The notes: a model not told the origin generated them from the letters alone. A stretch of 64,000 nucleotides of DNA from an uncultured delta proteobacterium (GCA_963803435.1 CAWDML010000009.1:192001-256000); one strand, 5' to 3'; positions 29,434-39,724 are shown, counted from the stretch's first letter. A program made the numbers and translations.

Positions 29434-30921
29434 ATGCTGAGAAAGCTGGTCGGCTACGCGGCGTACATGTTCGGCGCGAACAGCGTGACCTCGCTGCTCA
29501 CGCTGGGCGTGACGATGCTCGGGATGTCGACGCGCTCGAAGGAGGCGTTCGGCGACTACGCCCTCTACGTCCTCATCTACACCACCGGCCAGTCGCTGTT
29601 CGTCCTCGGCGCCAACGCTGCGATCCAGCGCTACACCGGCGGCGACAACGAGAACCGCATTCGCTTCGCGAAGCTCGCCTACGTGGGCTTCTTCATCCTC
29701 CTGGCTGCCTCGCTGGTCCTCGGCGCCGGGCTCTGGTCTGTGACCCATCGAACGGTGGTGGCCATGGGCTGCCTGGGTGTGCCCTGGGTCGTGATCTTCT
29801 TCTGGGGCCGCTACATCGTGCGCAGCACCCTGGAGGCGCGCCTGGAGGCGCGGATCATGGTGGTGGGCTCTCTCTCCAACTCGGTCTTCCAGTTCATCCT
29901 GCTCACGTTCACCGACTGGCGGGACGCGCTGATCTTCGGCGACGTCCTCGCCCTGATGATGTCCGGCCTCGTCGCGCTGATCCTCATCCCCGCCGGCGTG
30001 CAAGCGAGCTTTCGACAGATCGTGAAGACCCGCGTCCCCGCCGAGTTCTGGCGGGAGAGCTTCAAGTTCGCGATTCCGCTGTGGTGGGCCGGGCAGGTGT
30101 TCCAGGCCCGCGCGGCGCTCGATCGCTTCAGCACCCGCATCATGCTGGGCCCGCGCCCGCTCGGCGCGTACCAGGCGGTCGTCACCATGTGGCAGTTCGT
30201 GGCCAAGCCGATGGACTTCTTCGGTCAGGCCGTCCTGCCCGGGCTCGCCTCCTCGAAGGAGGAGGAACGCGACCTCCTCTATCGTGAGATCGTGCGTGTC
30301 GCGTTTCTCACCTTCTGCGTCATCAGCATCGCCGTGGGCGCCGGCATCCCGCTCCTGTTCCAGTCGATCGACTTCGTCTTCGGCTTGCTCGGACGGGAGA
30401 GCCCGCCGATCCAGGTCAAGTACGCCGAGGTGCCGCCGCTGTTGATGCTGGCGGTCCTCGCGATCCCGGCCACCGCGGTCGAGATGTGTGCGAACCAGTA
30501 CGCCGTCATCCTCGGTCGCCAGGGCCTGGTCTTCCGGGCGCAGGTCATCACCGTCATCACGCTGGCGATTGGTCTCTACCCGCTGATCGAGCTCTACGGG
30601 ATCATGGGTGTGGTGATCGCCGGCGACGTCGCCGCGGTCGCCAATGCGCTCACGTTCGTGATCGGCCTGTGGGGCCTCCGCACCGCCTCCATGCGCACGA
30701 CGCTCCGCTGGCTGATCGCGACGCAGATCCTCACCATGGTGGCGATGGCGCCCGTCTGGTGGTTCCGCGGGATCCAGTTCGATTGGCTCCTCGCCGTCCC
30801 CGCCGTCGCGATCTTCGTGATCGGGGCGATGGTGGTCCGCATGCTCAGCTTCGAGGACTTCCGCCGGCTCGCCCGCTCCCTCAAGAAGCGCCAGCTCGCG
30901 CCCGAGACCGGCGATGCCTGA
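29434..30921 (+). CDS. Wzx-like oligosaccharide flippase (MOP superfamily)
   Basis: Roughly 12-14 hydrophobic segments, SKEAFGDYALY, DRF...LGPRPLGAYQ patterns. Confidence 0.75.
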   Translation: MLRKLVGYAAYMFGANSVTSLLTLGVTMLGMSTRSKEAFGDYALYVLIYTTGQSLFVLGANAAIQRYTGGDNENRIRFAKLAYVGFFILLAASLVLGAGLWSVTHRTVVAMGCLGVPWVVIFFWGRYIVRSTLEARLEARIMVVGSLSNSVFQFILLTFTDWRDALIFGDVLALMMSGLVALILIPAGVQASFRQIVKTRVPAEFWRESFKFAIPLWWAGQVFQARAALDRFSTRIMLGPRPLGAYQAVVTMWQFVAKPMDFFGQAVLPGLASSKEEERDLLYREIVRVAFLTFCVISIAVGAGIPLLFQSIDFVFGLLGRESPPIQVKYAEVPPLLMLAVLAIPATAVEMCANQYAVILGRQGLVFRAQVITVITLAIGLYPLIELYGIMGVVIAGDVAAVANALTFVIGLWGLRTASMRTTLRWLIATQILTMVAMAPVWWFRGIQFDWLLAVPAVAIFVIGAMVVRMLSFEDFRRLARSLKKRQLAPETGDA

Positions 30922-32329
30922 CAGGCACTCGCTGGCGGTTCTCCTCCTCCTCACCGTGCTGGCGTTCGGCCTCCGCTTGAGCCGGCTCGACTGGTCTTTC
31001 TCCGGCGACGAGACCACGACGATCGAGGAGGAGGGCGTCCTCTTCCGCGGCCTTCCGGCCGACCCGTCCAGCCAGCTGTACAAGCTGCCGCGCGTGAACC
31101 CGCTCGGATATCTCGTGCACCACGTCGGCTATCTCCTCTTCGGCTTCGACGAGCGCGGCACACGGACCTCCTCCGCGATCTTCGGCGCGCTGCAGGTCGT
31201 GATCACGTTTCTGCTGCTCGAGGGGCTGCTCGGACGTCCGACCGCGTTCGCAACGGCGGCGTTGATCCTGACCTGGCCCGATCATCTGGTCGCCAGCCAA
31301 GACAATCGCTTCTACATCGTGGCCGCCTTCTTCGTCTGGCTCGCGCTCTTGCTCGGCGGACACGCGGTCAAGCGGCGCTCATGGCGGTGGTTGCTGGCGG
31401 CCTCGGTCGCCGCCTGCCTCGGCATCCTGAGCCACGCGGTGCAAGGGCTGGTGCTCGGCACGCTTGCGAGCGGGGTGCTGGCGGCCGCCTGGGCCGAGAA
31501 GCGACGTCCCGACACGCGCATGCTGCTGGTCCTCGGTGGGACCGGCGTGGCGGTGCTCCTCTACTTCGTCCTCCGCCTGCTTCCGCTCGTCAGAGGTTGG
31601 AACGAGGGCTCGAGCTGGGGCTACTCGACGTCGCATGCGATCCTCGCCGCCGCCAGCAGCGTCGGTGTCCCGCTGGCGCTCCTGGTGCCGGCCGGCGCGC
31701 TGCTCCTGTTCCGGCGTCGCACCACGCAGAGCTGGTACTGGCTCGCGTGCTCGCTGTCCTGGGTATTCATGGTCGTCGTGCTGCCGAGCTTCGTCGTCTA
31801 TCACCCGCCGTATGCGTTCCCGCTGGAGGCAACGGCCTACGTGCTGGTGGGTGCGCTGTTCGGCGAGATCTACGATCGGCTCCGCGAGCAGGGCGCCCTC
31901 ATCGCGACGTCGTTCATCGGTCTGGTGGTGCTGATCAACGTTCCGGGCGTCGCGAGCCACCTGATGGACGGCTCCCGGTACGACTATCGAAGTGTCGCGG
32001 CGCAGCTCGTTCAGATGCGGCGCGAGGGCGATCGCGTGGCCGCGCGCTCACCCGATCTGCTCAAGCACTACGCGCCGGCGATCGGCGCCGTGGAACCGAT
32101 CTACGTGGACCAGCCGCGCGCCGCCTATGACGCGCTCCTCGACGGCGCGCCGCGAACGTGGGTGGTGGTCCACCAGGGACGGTCCGGCTTGCCCGGAGGA
32201 ATCGAGAATTTCCTCGACGAGCGCTGCGGCCTGAAGGCGGGCGTCGAGGTCCAGCGTTACGACTACTATCAGTTCCGCACGGCCCTCTATCTCTGTACCA
32301 AGACCAGCAGCGCGGCGGGGGCCCGGTGA
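30914..32329 (+). CDS. GT-C glycosyltransferase (ArnT/PMT-like)
   Basis: First TM followed by SFSGDE acidic motif, RTSSAIFG, SQDNRFY, multi-TM with a periplasmic tail. Confidence 0.72.
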   Translation: MPDRHSLAVLLLLTVLAFGLRLSRLDWSFSGDETTTIEEEGVLFRGLPADPSSQLYKLPRVNPLGYLVHHVGYLLFGFDERGTRTSSAIFGALQVVITFLLLEGLLGRPTAFATAALILTWPDHLVASQDNRFYIVAAFFVWLALLLGGHAVKRRSWRWLLAASVAACLGILSHAVQGLVLGTLASGVLAAAWAEKRRPDTRMLLVLGGTGVAVLLYFVLRLLPLVRGWNEGSSWGYSTSHAILAAASSVGVPLALLVPAGALLLFRRRTTQSWYWLACSLSWVFMVVVLPSFVVYHPPYAFPLEATAYVLVGALFGEIYDRLREQGALIATSFIGLVVLINVPGVASHLMDGSRYDYRSVAAQLVQMRREGDRVAARSPDLLKHYAPAIGAVEPIYVDQPRAAYDALLDGAPRTWVVVHQGRSGLPGGIENFLDERCGLKAGVEVQRYDYYQFRTALYLCTKTSSAAGAR

Positions 32330-32347
32330 CCGCGTCCACCCCGCCGT

Positions 32348-33388
32348 TCACGGACGTGGGACGGTCCTCACGGACGATTGCGGGCGCCCGGTGATCGCGG
32401 CGTAGGTCTGGATCTCCGTCTTCTCCTGGATGCGTAGGTTGTTCCGGTAGCGCGGTCCGGGGTCGCAGGTGAGCGGCGCCTGCCAGCGGCTCCGTATCCA
32501 CCACAGCGCCGTGAAGCGGGCGAGCGGCTTCTCGGCGAGCTCGAGCACGCGCCGCTCGTCTCGGCGTCCCACCTCGACGAACCAGCGCTGGACCTCGGCG
32601 CCCGAGGAGATGCGGAGCGCGGTGGTCGGGCCTTCGCGCCGGACCGTCTGCGCGGTCACCGCTCGGAGCAGGTCCATCGGATCCTCGCGCACACTCGGAG
32701 GCAGGAAGATGTCGCTCGGGAGATCGGCGGTCGGCGACTTGGGGGCCAGCGCGCCCCGGGCGAAGACGTCGACGCGCAGGTTCTTGCCGATCGTGACGTG
32801 CGGCGCGGCGAAGCCGAGCGGGAGCGAACGCGTGTCGGCGGCGATGCGGATCGGCGGGGTCCAGAACCCGCGGAGCTTTCCCGGCGCGGGCCCGATCAAC
32901 ACCACCACCCGCCGCCCCTCCCGAACCGCCCGTGTCAGGGCGCGGCTGCTGTCCTCGTCGAGCGTCACGCCGGGCAGGGACGCGGCGAGCTGGTCGGCTC
33001 GCTGAGGCGCGATCACGAGGGCGCGATAGCCGAAAGGCGATGGGCTCCGGACGGTCGGCCAGAAGTCGGAGTGCTCCGGCGTGCCCGGCTCGGCAGCGCA
33101 GGGATCGATCGGCGCGACGGTCCGCAAGCGGGGCGCCGTCGCGTGGTCGAGGTCGTCGAAGATCGCCGGCTCGACCACCTCCGCGGTGACGCGGTCCCCG
33201 GGCACCGGAAGCAGCAATGCAACCTCTCTTGCACTTCCGTCGAGGCGCGCCCGCACGGTCCACGTACCGGGTTCCACCAGCACCTGGAGCTCCGAAAGTG
33301 TAGCTCTTCGGTCGCTCGCGACGCGGACCATCGCAGACGAGGGTAGGGCGATCAGCAGGGACACCCAGACGATCGCGGCGCGGAGCAC
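32348..33388 (-). CDS. DUF2330-like exported protein (divergent)
   Basis: Signal peptide, ALLLPVP, IFDDLDHATAPRL...DPC. Start uncertain. Confidence 0.55.
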   Translation of the reverse strand: MLRAAIVWVSLLIALPSSAMVRVASDRRATLSELQVLVEPGTWTVRARLDGSAREVALLLPVPGDRVTAEVVEPAIFDDLDHATAPRLRTVAPIDPCAAEPGTPEHSDFWPTVRSPSPFGYRALVIAPQRADQLAASLPGVTLDEDSSRALTRAVREGRRVVVLIGPAPGKLRGFWTPPIRIAADTRSLPLGFAAPHVTIGKNLRVDVFARGALAPKSPTADLPSDIFLPPSVREDPMDLLRAVTAQTVRREGPTTALRISSGAEVQRWFVEVGRRDERRVLELAEKPLARFTALWWIRSRWQAPLTCDPGPRYRNNLRIQEKTEIQTYAAITGRPQSSVRTVPRP

Positions 33389-33455
33389 CGCGCCTAGTGT
33401 TCTTCGCGCCTTCGTGCTTGCCAAGGTCGGGCTGAGCCCATATCGACCGCACGCG

Positions 33456-34166
33456 ATGGGTCGCACGCGCTGGAGCACGGAGGTCGCCTACTCCGGCCTC
33501 ACGCCCGAGGGCACGGTCCGTCTCTACCGGGTCGCCGAGTGGCTCCAGGAGGCCGCAGTTCACGCGTCTCGCACCGGCGGCTATCCGCCGTCCAAGTACG
33601 AAGAGATGGGCGCCAGCTGGTTCGTGCAGGATCTCGACGTCGTGATGGATCGGCCGATCGAGTATGGCGAGCGCATCACAGTGGAGACCTGGGTCTCCGA
33701 TCTGCGGCGCTTCCGGACCCATCGCGAGTACCTGGTCTTCGACGCCGACGAGCGCGTGGTGGCACGAGGGCGGGCCGATTGGCTCTTTCTGCAGCAGGAT
33801 CCGATCTCACGCCGGGTGAAGCCGATGATCCCCGACGGCGCCATGAAGGCCGCGTTCCCGATCGTCGACGACCATGCGATCCACGATCACCTCGACCTCG
33901 CGCTCCCGGACGCGCCGCCGCGCATCGAGATGCCGCGCCACGTTCGCGCGACGGAGCTCGACCGGCACGCGCACGTGAACCACACCGCCTACGTGGCCTG
34001 GATCGAGGATCTCGACCTCCCCGTGCGACGCGCGCGCCTCCGGTTCGAGAAGGACGCCCGCCCCGGCGACGAGCTTTTGGTTCGGGCCTGGTTCGATGGT
34101 CGTTCCGGCACCGGCGAGGCCCGCCGAGGCGATACGCGCATCCTGACGGCCGCCTTCGCGGGCTGA
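33456..34166 (+). CDS. Acyl-ACP thioesterase (double hotdog)
   Basis: LQEAAVHA, ITVETW, ELDRHAHVNHTAYVAWIED. Confidence 0.88.
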   Translation: MGRTRWSTEVAYSGLTPEGTVRLYRVAEWLQEAAVHASRTGGYPPSKYEEMGASWFVQDLDVVMDRPIEYGERITVETWVSDLRRFRTHREYLVFDADERVVARGRADWLFLQQDPISRRVKPMIPDGAMKAAFPIVDDHAIHDHLDLALPDAPPRIEMPRHVRATELDRHAHVNHTAYVAWIEDLDLPVRRARLRFEKDARPGDELLVRAWFDGRSGTGEARRGDTRILTAAFAG

Positions 34167-34200
34167 GACCTCCGTCCCACTGATTTCGTTGCGAGCCTCG

Positions 34201-34227
34201 CAACGTTCTCGACCCTATGTCCGATAA
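34201..34227 (+). promoter_or_regulatory. Candidate sigma28 (FliA/WhiG)-type promoter
   Basis: CAACGTTC-N11-TCCGATAA versus consensus TAAAGTTT-N11-GCCGATAA, followed by an AT-rich leader. Confidence 0.5.
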
Positions 34228-34290
34228 TGTACTCAAATAGAATACCTTTAGGTATTTCTCCTATTTTTTGCCTCCGGAAAGGGTTCACGC

Positions 34291-35925
34291 ATGACCATCA
34301 CAGGTTTGGGAGCACGCAACGTTCAGCAACAGCAGCAGGCCGACGCCGTCGAGCCGGCGGCGGGAACCGCGGAGATCCAGCCGCACGCGGGCGCCACGCA
34401 GGGCCACAACGTCCTGCTCGGGAACGTCGCGCCGGAGGCGATCAACTTCACGAACGATCCGGCCCGGTTCGGCGTCGCGCTCGACAAGAAGATCGCGAAC
34501 CTCGCCCTCAAGGGCGCCGCCAAGCAGCGGCCCTGGGCCGACACGTACTGGCCCACCTACCAGGACGGGATCAACCACCGCTGGCAGAACACCGGCGACT
34601 TCATGCGGGACCTCTCGCCTGCGGAGAAGTTCGACGCCGCGTTCAACGGCTGGGATCCGGAGTCGGTGCGCGGCCTCAAGCCGTTCTCGGCCGAGTGGGG
34701 TCAGTTCGACAAGCCGTTCGACGCTGCCTACTACGAGAAGCTCGGACCGCTCGCGAAGCAGTGCAGCATGTACCACGGCAACAAGCAGACGCGCGACGCC
34801 TCCGCGGCCGGCAAGCTCAACTCCGACGGCACCGCCAAGAGCGGGAAGGAAGAGGAGGCCTACGGCGGCATCCAGACGTGGTGGGGCCTCTGCCACGCGT
34901 GGACGCCGGCCTCGATCCGGGAGAAGGAGCCCCAGCACGCGGTCGTACACAACGGCGTCACGTTCGAGGTGAGCGACATCAAGGCGCTCCTCATCGCCTG
35001 TTACAACAGCTCGAACTCCACGATGATCGGTCTTCGCAACGAGGATCGAAACATCGACCTCGACGACCACGGCCGCCCGAAGAAGGAGGACGCGCGCGAC
35101 ATCAACCCAGGCACGTACCACCTCCTGCTGAGCAACCTGCTCGGCCGCGACGGTGTCGCGTTCATCGAGGACCGCATCGCCGACTTCCAGGTCTGGAACC
35201 AGCCGATCGCGGAGTACCGCACCACGCAGATGGATCCGATCTCGAAGGCGGACGCGGCCCAGCTGGTTGGGGCCGCCGATCCGAACTATCCGTACGATCC
35301 CCAGGCGACCCAGTTCTTCCACGTGAAGACCGAGGTCGACTACATCTCCGAGTCGTCGCCCTCGACCCGCCCCAACGCGGACAATGACGCGCAGGAGCGG
35401 ACCGATCCGTACGAGTACCTCCTCGAGGTGGACGCGAACGGCGACGTCATCGGCGGTGAGTGGCTCGGCTCCAGCCGCACGCAGCACCCCGACTTCCTCT
35501 GGTATCCGTACAAGGACGGCGGCGTCCCGTTGGCTCCGCAGGTCAGCCTGGAGCAGGTCCGCGTGCTGCTCGAGAAGTCGCGGCAGGACGCGCCTCCGGT
35601 GGACGGCGGCGTCAAGGTCGAGGAGTCGGTGCAGCTGAAGGCCGGCGAAACCAAGGAGCTCGCTCCGATCACCGTGCAGAACGCGGGGACCCTCGAGTTC
35701 CTCTCGACTGGCAGCGGCGACCTCGACACCTACGTCCGCATCGGCGCGAAGCCGACCTTCGACCCGCAGAGCGGCGAGCCGAAGGAGGTCAGCATGTCGA
35801 TGTACGAGCCGGGGTCCAAGGAGCGGAAGACGCTCAGCGTGAACGCGGGCGACCAGGTCTACGTGACGATGCGCGGCTACGAGGACAACACGCGGGCCAC
35901 CCTCAAGATCACGCAGCTCGCGTAG
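34291..35925 (+). CDS. Transglutaminase-elicitor (GP42/Pep-13)-family protein with C-terminal PPC-like domain
   Basis: PWADTYWPTYQDGINHRW, LSPAEKFD, WWGLCHAW, DINPGTYH, QVWNQP, YEYLLEVD...IGGEW, HPDFLW; C-terminal GSGDLDTYVR. Confidence 0.88.
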   Translation: MTITGLGARNVQQQQQADAVEPAAGTAEIQPHAGATQGHNVLLGNVAPEAINFTNDPARFGVALDKKIANLALKGAAKQRPWADTYWPTYQDGINHRWQNTGDFMRDLSPAEKFDAAFNGWDPESVRGLKPFSAEWGQFDKPFDAAYYEKLGPLAKQCSMYHGNKQTRDASAAGKLNSDGTAKSGKEEEAYGGIQTWWGLCHAWTPASIREKEPQHAVVHNGVTFEVSDIKALLIACYNSSNSTMIGLRNEDRNIDLDDHGRPKKEDARDINPGTYHLLLSNLLGRDGVAFIEDRIADFQVWNQPIAEYRTTQMDPISKADAAQLVGAADPNYPYDPQATQFFHVKTEVDYISESSPSTRPNADNDAQERTDPYEYLLEVDANGDVIGGEWLGSSRTQHPDFLWYPYKDGGVPLAPQVSLEQVRVLLEKSRQDAPPVDGGVKVEESVQLKAGETKELAPITVQNAGTLEFLSTGSGDLDTYVRIGAKPTFDPQSGEPKEVSMSMYEPGSKERKTLSVNAGDQVYVTMRGYEDNTRATLKITQLA

Positions 35926-35938
35926 ACGGATCGAGGCG

Positions 35939-37135
35939 ATGGCGAACGTCGACCGCACGTCGCGCGACCCTCGCCTCGTTCCAGCTCACCTCGGGCGGAT
36001 CGAGCTCCGCCCGGGCCATCGACCGGTTTCCTACGATCCGATCGAGCGCGGCCGCGCGGGCGCGCGGCGCTTCAACCCGCCGCCCCGCGGCGTCGCCGGG
36101 GCCTTCTTCGAGCTCGAGGCCTACCGGCGTCTCGGCGGCCCGGTCCAGCGGGCCCTCGAGGTCATGCTGGCGCTGGTGCCGGACCGGGCCGGCGACGCAC
36201 AGAGACTCATCGAGCTGCCGGCGTTCGCCGAGCTCTCCCCGGACGAGCGGCTGGCGCTGCTGAGTCCGCCCAAGCCCGACCGCCTCGACCGCGCGCTGTG
36301 GCTGCTCGAGAACCCGATCTGGTCGGCGCTCGCGGGCGACAAGCGGAGCCTCTTCGCGCTGGACGCGAGGGTCCAGAGCGCCCTCATCGCGCAGTTCGAG
36401 CACTTCCTGGTGAGAAAGACGGGTGAGTGCCTGCTCCGCACCCTCGATGCGGATTGGTTCCACGATCTGGACGCGTCGGATCAGATCCGAGCGCTGAAGG
36501 TGATCGCGTACGCGTCTTCGCAGCTGACCGGAGCGTCGTTCGAGAGCTCCGGGATCTCGCAGCGGCGAATCATCGAGAACACGCTCGACTCGCTGCTCCC
36601 GCCCACCGCCCGCTTTCGCCTCGAGTTCGAGGATCTCCCCTCCGAGCCGACGAGCTCGATCGCCGGCCTGCGCCGCCTGCCCGGCACGGTGGTCCTCAAT
36701 CGCAATCTGATCCCGGACGACGATCGTCACCTGGGCGCGGGAGCGCGGGGTCGAGACGCGGAGCACGTCGGTCTGACCACGCTGGTGCACGAGGTCAATC
36801 ACCTCTGCAACCAGATCCCGACCGGTGCCACCTACGCCGCGTTCCAGGACGAGTATCGGGCCTGGTTCGTCGGTTTCGTCGCTTTCATGTCCCGGTTCCC
36901 GTCGCGCATCGAGTCGCTGTCGCGCGTGAAGGAGCTGCTCTCGAACCCCGCCTACGCGGAGCTGCAGCAGGCGCTCGACGGCGGCGGCCCCGAGTCAGAG
37001 CAGATCCTCCGCTTCCTCCAGGCGTTCGGAGACCTCGACTCGCGGGAGGCGCTGCTCGCGCTCCAGATCGACAACTTCGTGGCGCTGGCGCCGCTGCCGG
37101 ATCCGATGCTCGATGTGAATAACGGCGCGTCCTGA
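35939..37135 (+). CDS. Hypothetical protein with HExxH metallopeptidase-like motif
   Basis: TLVHEVNH followed by FQDEYRAW; GAGG RBS; 13-bp gap after the TGase gene. Confidence 0.6.
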   Translation: MANVDRTSRDPRLVPAHLGRIELRPGHRPVSYDPIERGRAGARRFNPPPRGVAGAFFELEAYRRLGGPVQRALEVMLALVPDRAGDAQRLIELPAFAELSPDERLALLSPPKPDRLDRALWLLENPIWSALAGDKRSLFALDARVQSALIAQFEHFLVRKTGECLLRTLDADWFHDLDASDQIRALKVIAYASSQLTGASFESSGISQRRIIENTLDSLLPPTARFRLEFEDLPSEPTSSIAGLRRLPGTVVLNRNLIPDDDRHLGAGARGRDAEHVGLTTLVHEVNHLCNQIPTGATYAAFQDEYRAWFVGFVAFMSRFPSRIESLSRVKELLSNPAYAELQQALDGGGPESEQILRFLQAFGDLDSREALLALQIDNFVALAPLPDPMLDVNNGAS

Positions 37136-37137
37136 GC

Positions 37138-37863
37138 TCAACGGCTCGAGGCGGCGGGTACCCACTCCGGCCGTTCGTGAAGCTCCGGCCAGCCGACCAG
37201 CAGCTCGTGCGGTTGGAAGCGCGCCTTGTACTCCGAGGACTCGCAGCCCATCACGCGGTAGCCGAGATACAGCCAGCGCTTGTTCTGGCGGCGCGCCACG
37301 TCGACCTGGAAGAGGATGCTGGCAGTGCCGAGCGAGAACTTCCGGTACTCGGGATCGTGGTACGTGTACACGGCCGAGAGCGCATTCGGGGTGTCGTCCA
37401 CGATCGCGACCGCGATCAGGCGGTCGCAGTCGTAGTACGCGTACTCGCGGACACACGGGTGCGGGAACGCGAACTGGTGGTAGTACTCCTCGGCGTCGAT
37501 CGTGTCCTCCGACCAGCCGCGCCGCTCGCCCTGCATCACGTGCCATCGGTGGTAGAGATCGAGGCGGGCCTGATCGACGAGCGGCGGCTGGATGACCAAG
37601 CGGAAGCTCGACGCGTGGTTCCAGATGCGGCGCTGGGTCCTCGACGGGCGGAAACCTTCCGTCGGGATCCGGAGCGGGACGCACTCGTGGCAGCCCTTGC
37701 AGCCCGGGCGGAAGTAGGCCGGCCCGAAGCGCCGCCAGCCGCGCTCGAGCAGGTGATCGAGCTCGGCCGGCGCGACCTCGAGCATGAGCCGGTACTCGAG
37801 CGACGCCGTCCGGTACGGCAGGTACGCGCAGCGGTGAGGCTCCGAGAACCAGTGGCGGAGCAT
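37138..37863 (-). CDS. bpt: Arginyl-tRNA-protein transferase / Asp-Glu leucyltransferase (Bpt/ATE family)
   Basis: HRCAYLP, GWRRFG..YFRPGC..C.ECVPLRI, LSAVYTYHDP, SLGT, YLGY, YKARFQP. Confidence 0.9.
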   Translation of the reverse strand: MLRHWFSEPHRCAYLPYRTASLEYRLMLEVAPAELDHLLERGWRRFGPAYFRPGCKGCHECVPLRIPTEGFRPSRTQRRIWNHASSFRLVIQPPLVDQARLDLYHRWHVMQGERRGWSEDTIDAEEYYHQFAFPHPCVREYAYYDCDRLIAVAIVDDTPNALSAVYTYHDPEYRKFSLGTASILFQVDVARRQNKRWLYLGYRVMGCESSEYKARFQPHELLVGWPELHERPEWVPAASSR

Positions 37864-37996
37864 CCGAGCCACGGTCCCACCAGCTTGGCAGCGTTTGGGC
37901 CCGCGGGCCACTTCGGCTTTGCCCGGTCTCGCGGTTGACTCGGACGATCGGGCGAGCGATCGCCCCCCGGTGCGGGCGGCGGAGTTGGTGCGCTCG

Positions 37997-38698
37997 ATGG
38001 CCACGTCACCCGTCGGCACGGTCCGCCGGCTGCCCCGCGCCGCGCTCTCTCGCCTCAAGCGCGCGCTCGAGAACACGCTCGCCGGGGCCGCCCCGCTGGC
38101 CGCGCCGGTCGAGGAGATGCTGGAGGTTCAGGGAGGGCTTGGGGAGGGCGCGCACTCCGGTCGATGGGGCCCGAGCCCGCGAACCTTGCCCGGCGTGGAT
38201 CTGCAGCTCTCGCGGCAGCTCGAGCTCCTCGAGCAAATGCGCCGCTCGAGCACCAATCTCCCGGCATTCCAGACCGGCTCGGCTCTGCCTTGGCCCGAGG
38301 TGATCGGGCTCCACGTGATGCTCCGGGTCCTGCAGCCCCGGCGCGTCGTGGAGCTCGGCGCCGCCGAGGCGAGGGCCGTCCTCCGTCAATGGATCGAGCC
38401 TGGCTCCGCCCCGCTCTCCCTCGATCCCGGCGACCTGCTCTACGCCGGCGTGTCCGAGCTCCCGGAGCTGCTGTTCGAGGTCCTGCCCTCGCTGCCGGCC
38501 GGCGTGTTCGTCCAGCTCCGGGAGGTGCTCTATCCTTTCCGCGGTGTCCCGTTGCTCCGCGCCTTTCTCCAGTACAACCGCGACTTCCAGATCCGCTTCT
38601 GGCCCAGCTACCTCTATCAACACGCACGCGATCGGCTGGCCGCGTTCCCGCAGATCTGCGCCGACAGCGGTGGGATCTGGATCCGCAAGGTGGGTTGA
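37997..38698 (+). CDS. Divergent, shortened class I SAM-methyltransferase-like protein
   Basis: LQPRRVVELG, LDPGDLL, EVLPSLPAGVFV, LLRAFLQYN; central part looks deleted. Confidence 0.5.
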   Translation: MATSPVGTVRRLPRAALSRLKRALENTLAGAAPLAAPVEEMLEVQGGLGEGAHSGRWGPSPRTLPGVDLQLSRQLELLEQMRRSSTNLPAFQTGSALPWPEVIGLHVMLRVLQPRRVVELGAAEARAVLRQWIEPGSAPLSLDPGDLLYAGVSELPELLFEVLPSLPAGVFVQLREVLYPFRGVPLLRAFLQYNRDFQIRFWPSYLYQHARDRLAAFPQICADSGGIWIRKVG

Positions 38699-38703
38699 CC
38701 GAG

Positions 38704-39108
38704 CTACGAGCGGGACTGTTTCACCTCGAGCGCACCGACCAGGATCGCGACGGGTCCGATCAGCCCGATCAAGCTCTTGGTCACCAGGAAGGCCACGCAG
38801 AAGCCGATCCCGGTACCGATCAGCATCCAGCCCAGCCGGGCCTTCTTGGCGTCCCGTCGCGGGGCGGGCGTGGAGACCAGGTGGACCGCCGCGACCTGCA
38901 TCGCCAGCATCTTGCGGTAGCGCTCCACCAGGGCCGGGTCGTCGAGCTGCCCATACCGCTCGGCCGCCAGGAGGTGCTGCCGGGAGAGCACGGCGAAGTT
39001 GATGAACCGTTTGTGCGACTCGGGATTATCGGGGGCCAACAGCACGTTCTGCCACAGCTCCTCGAAGTCGGCGCCCTTCGCGTATTCCTTTGACGGGTGC
39101 GACCCCAT
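38704..39108 (-). CDS. Hypothetical membrane protein
   Basis: 134 aa helical N-terminus plus two C-terminal hydrophobic segments; fills the gap between neighbours. Confidence 0.6.
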   Translation of the reverse strand: MGSHPSKEYAKGADFEELWQNVLLAPDNPESHKRFINFAVLSRQHLLAAERYGQLDDPALVERYRKMLAMQVAAVHLVSTPAPRRDAKKARLGWMLIGTGIGFCVAFLVTKSLIGLIGPVAILVGALEVKQSRS

Positions 39109-39142
39109 GGGCGGATGAGTATAGTACCGGCGGCATTTGGAG

Positions 39143-39709
39143 ATGAAAGGTCGGCTCTCACTCGGTCTGATCCTCGGTGCGCTGGTCGCGATCTTCGGCC
39201 TGCTGTACCTCCTTCGGCCGGACCCGTCCCCGCCTACGGAGGCGGGAAAGGAGTCGGAGGTCGCCGACCAGACGATCGTCGAGCCGCGCCCCGCCGACCG
39301 GACGCTGATGCCCTCCCAGTTCCCCGGCGAAGTCAAAGAGGACGGCGAGAAGAAGTCGGGCGAGCCCCACCACAGCCGCTTCGCCATGAAGATGGAGCCC
39401 GAGCCCGCTCTCTCGGGGATCGACTTTGCGCCCGCCACCGACGACGACCGCAAGCGCGCCGGTGTGACCGATCAGTATGGGCAGGGCGTGACGGTTACGC
39501 ACATCCATCCCGACTCCTCCGCGGCCGAGGTCGCGATGCAGATCGGTGACGTGATCGTGCGCGCGCAAAAGGAGAACGTCAGCTCCGTGGAGGATCTCCG
39601 CCGGATCGTCGGCGACCGAGACCACACTGTCGTCAACTTCATGCGGGACGGACAGCTCCTGAGCGTCGTCTTGCAGAAGCCGTTCGTTCCTCCGCCGAAG
39701 ACGCCGTGA
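39143..39709 (+). CDS. Membrane-anchored PDZ-domain protein
   Basis: N-terminal TM; GVTVTHIHPDSSAAEVAMQIGDVI...VSSVEDL. Confidence 0.8.
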   Translation: MKGRLSLGLILGALVAIFGLLYLLRPDPSPPTEAGKESEVADQTIVEPRPADRTLMPSQFPGEVKEDGEKKSGEPHHSRFAMKMEPEPALSGIDFAPATDDDRKRAGVTDQYGQGVTVTHIHPDSSAAEVAMQIGDVIVRAQKENVSSVEDLRRIVGDRDHTVVNFMRDGQLLSVVLQKPFVPPPKTP

Positions 39710-39724
39710 TAGGACTCTCGCTCG

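Noticed and set aside
34187-34206. Inverted repeat CGTTGCGAG-C-CTCGCAACG as an intrinsic terminator
   Set aside because: The loop is very short and there is no U-tract on the plus strand. It overlaps the candidate promoter, so no function can be assigned.
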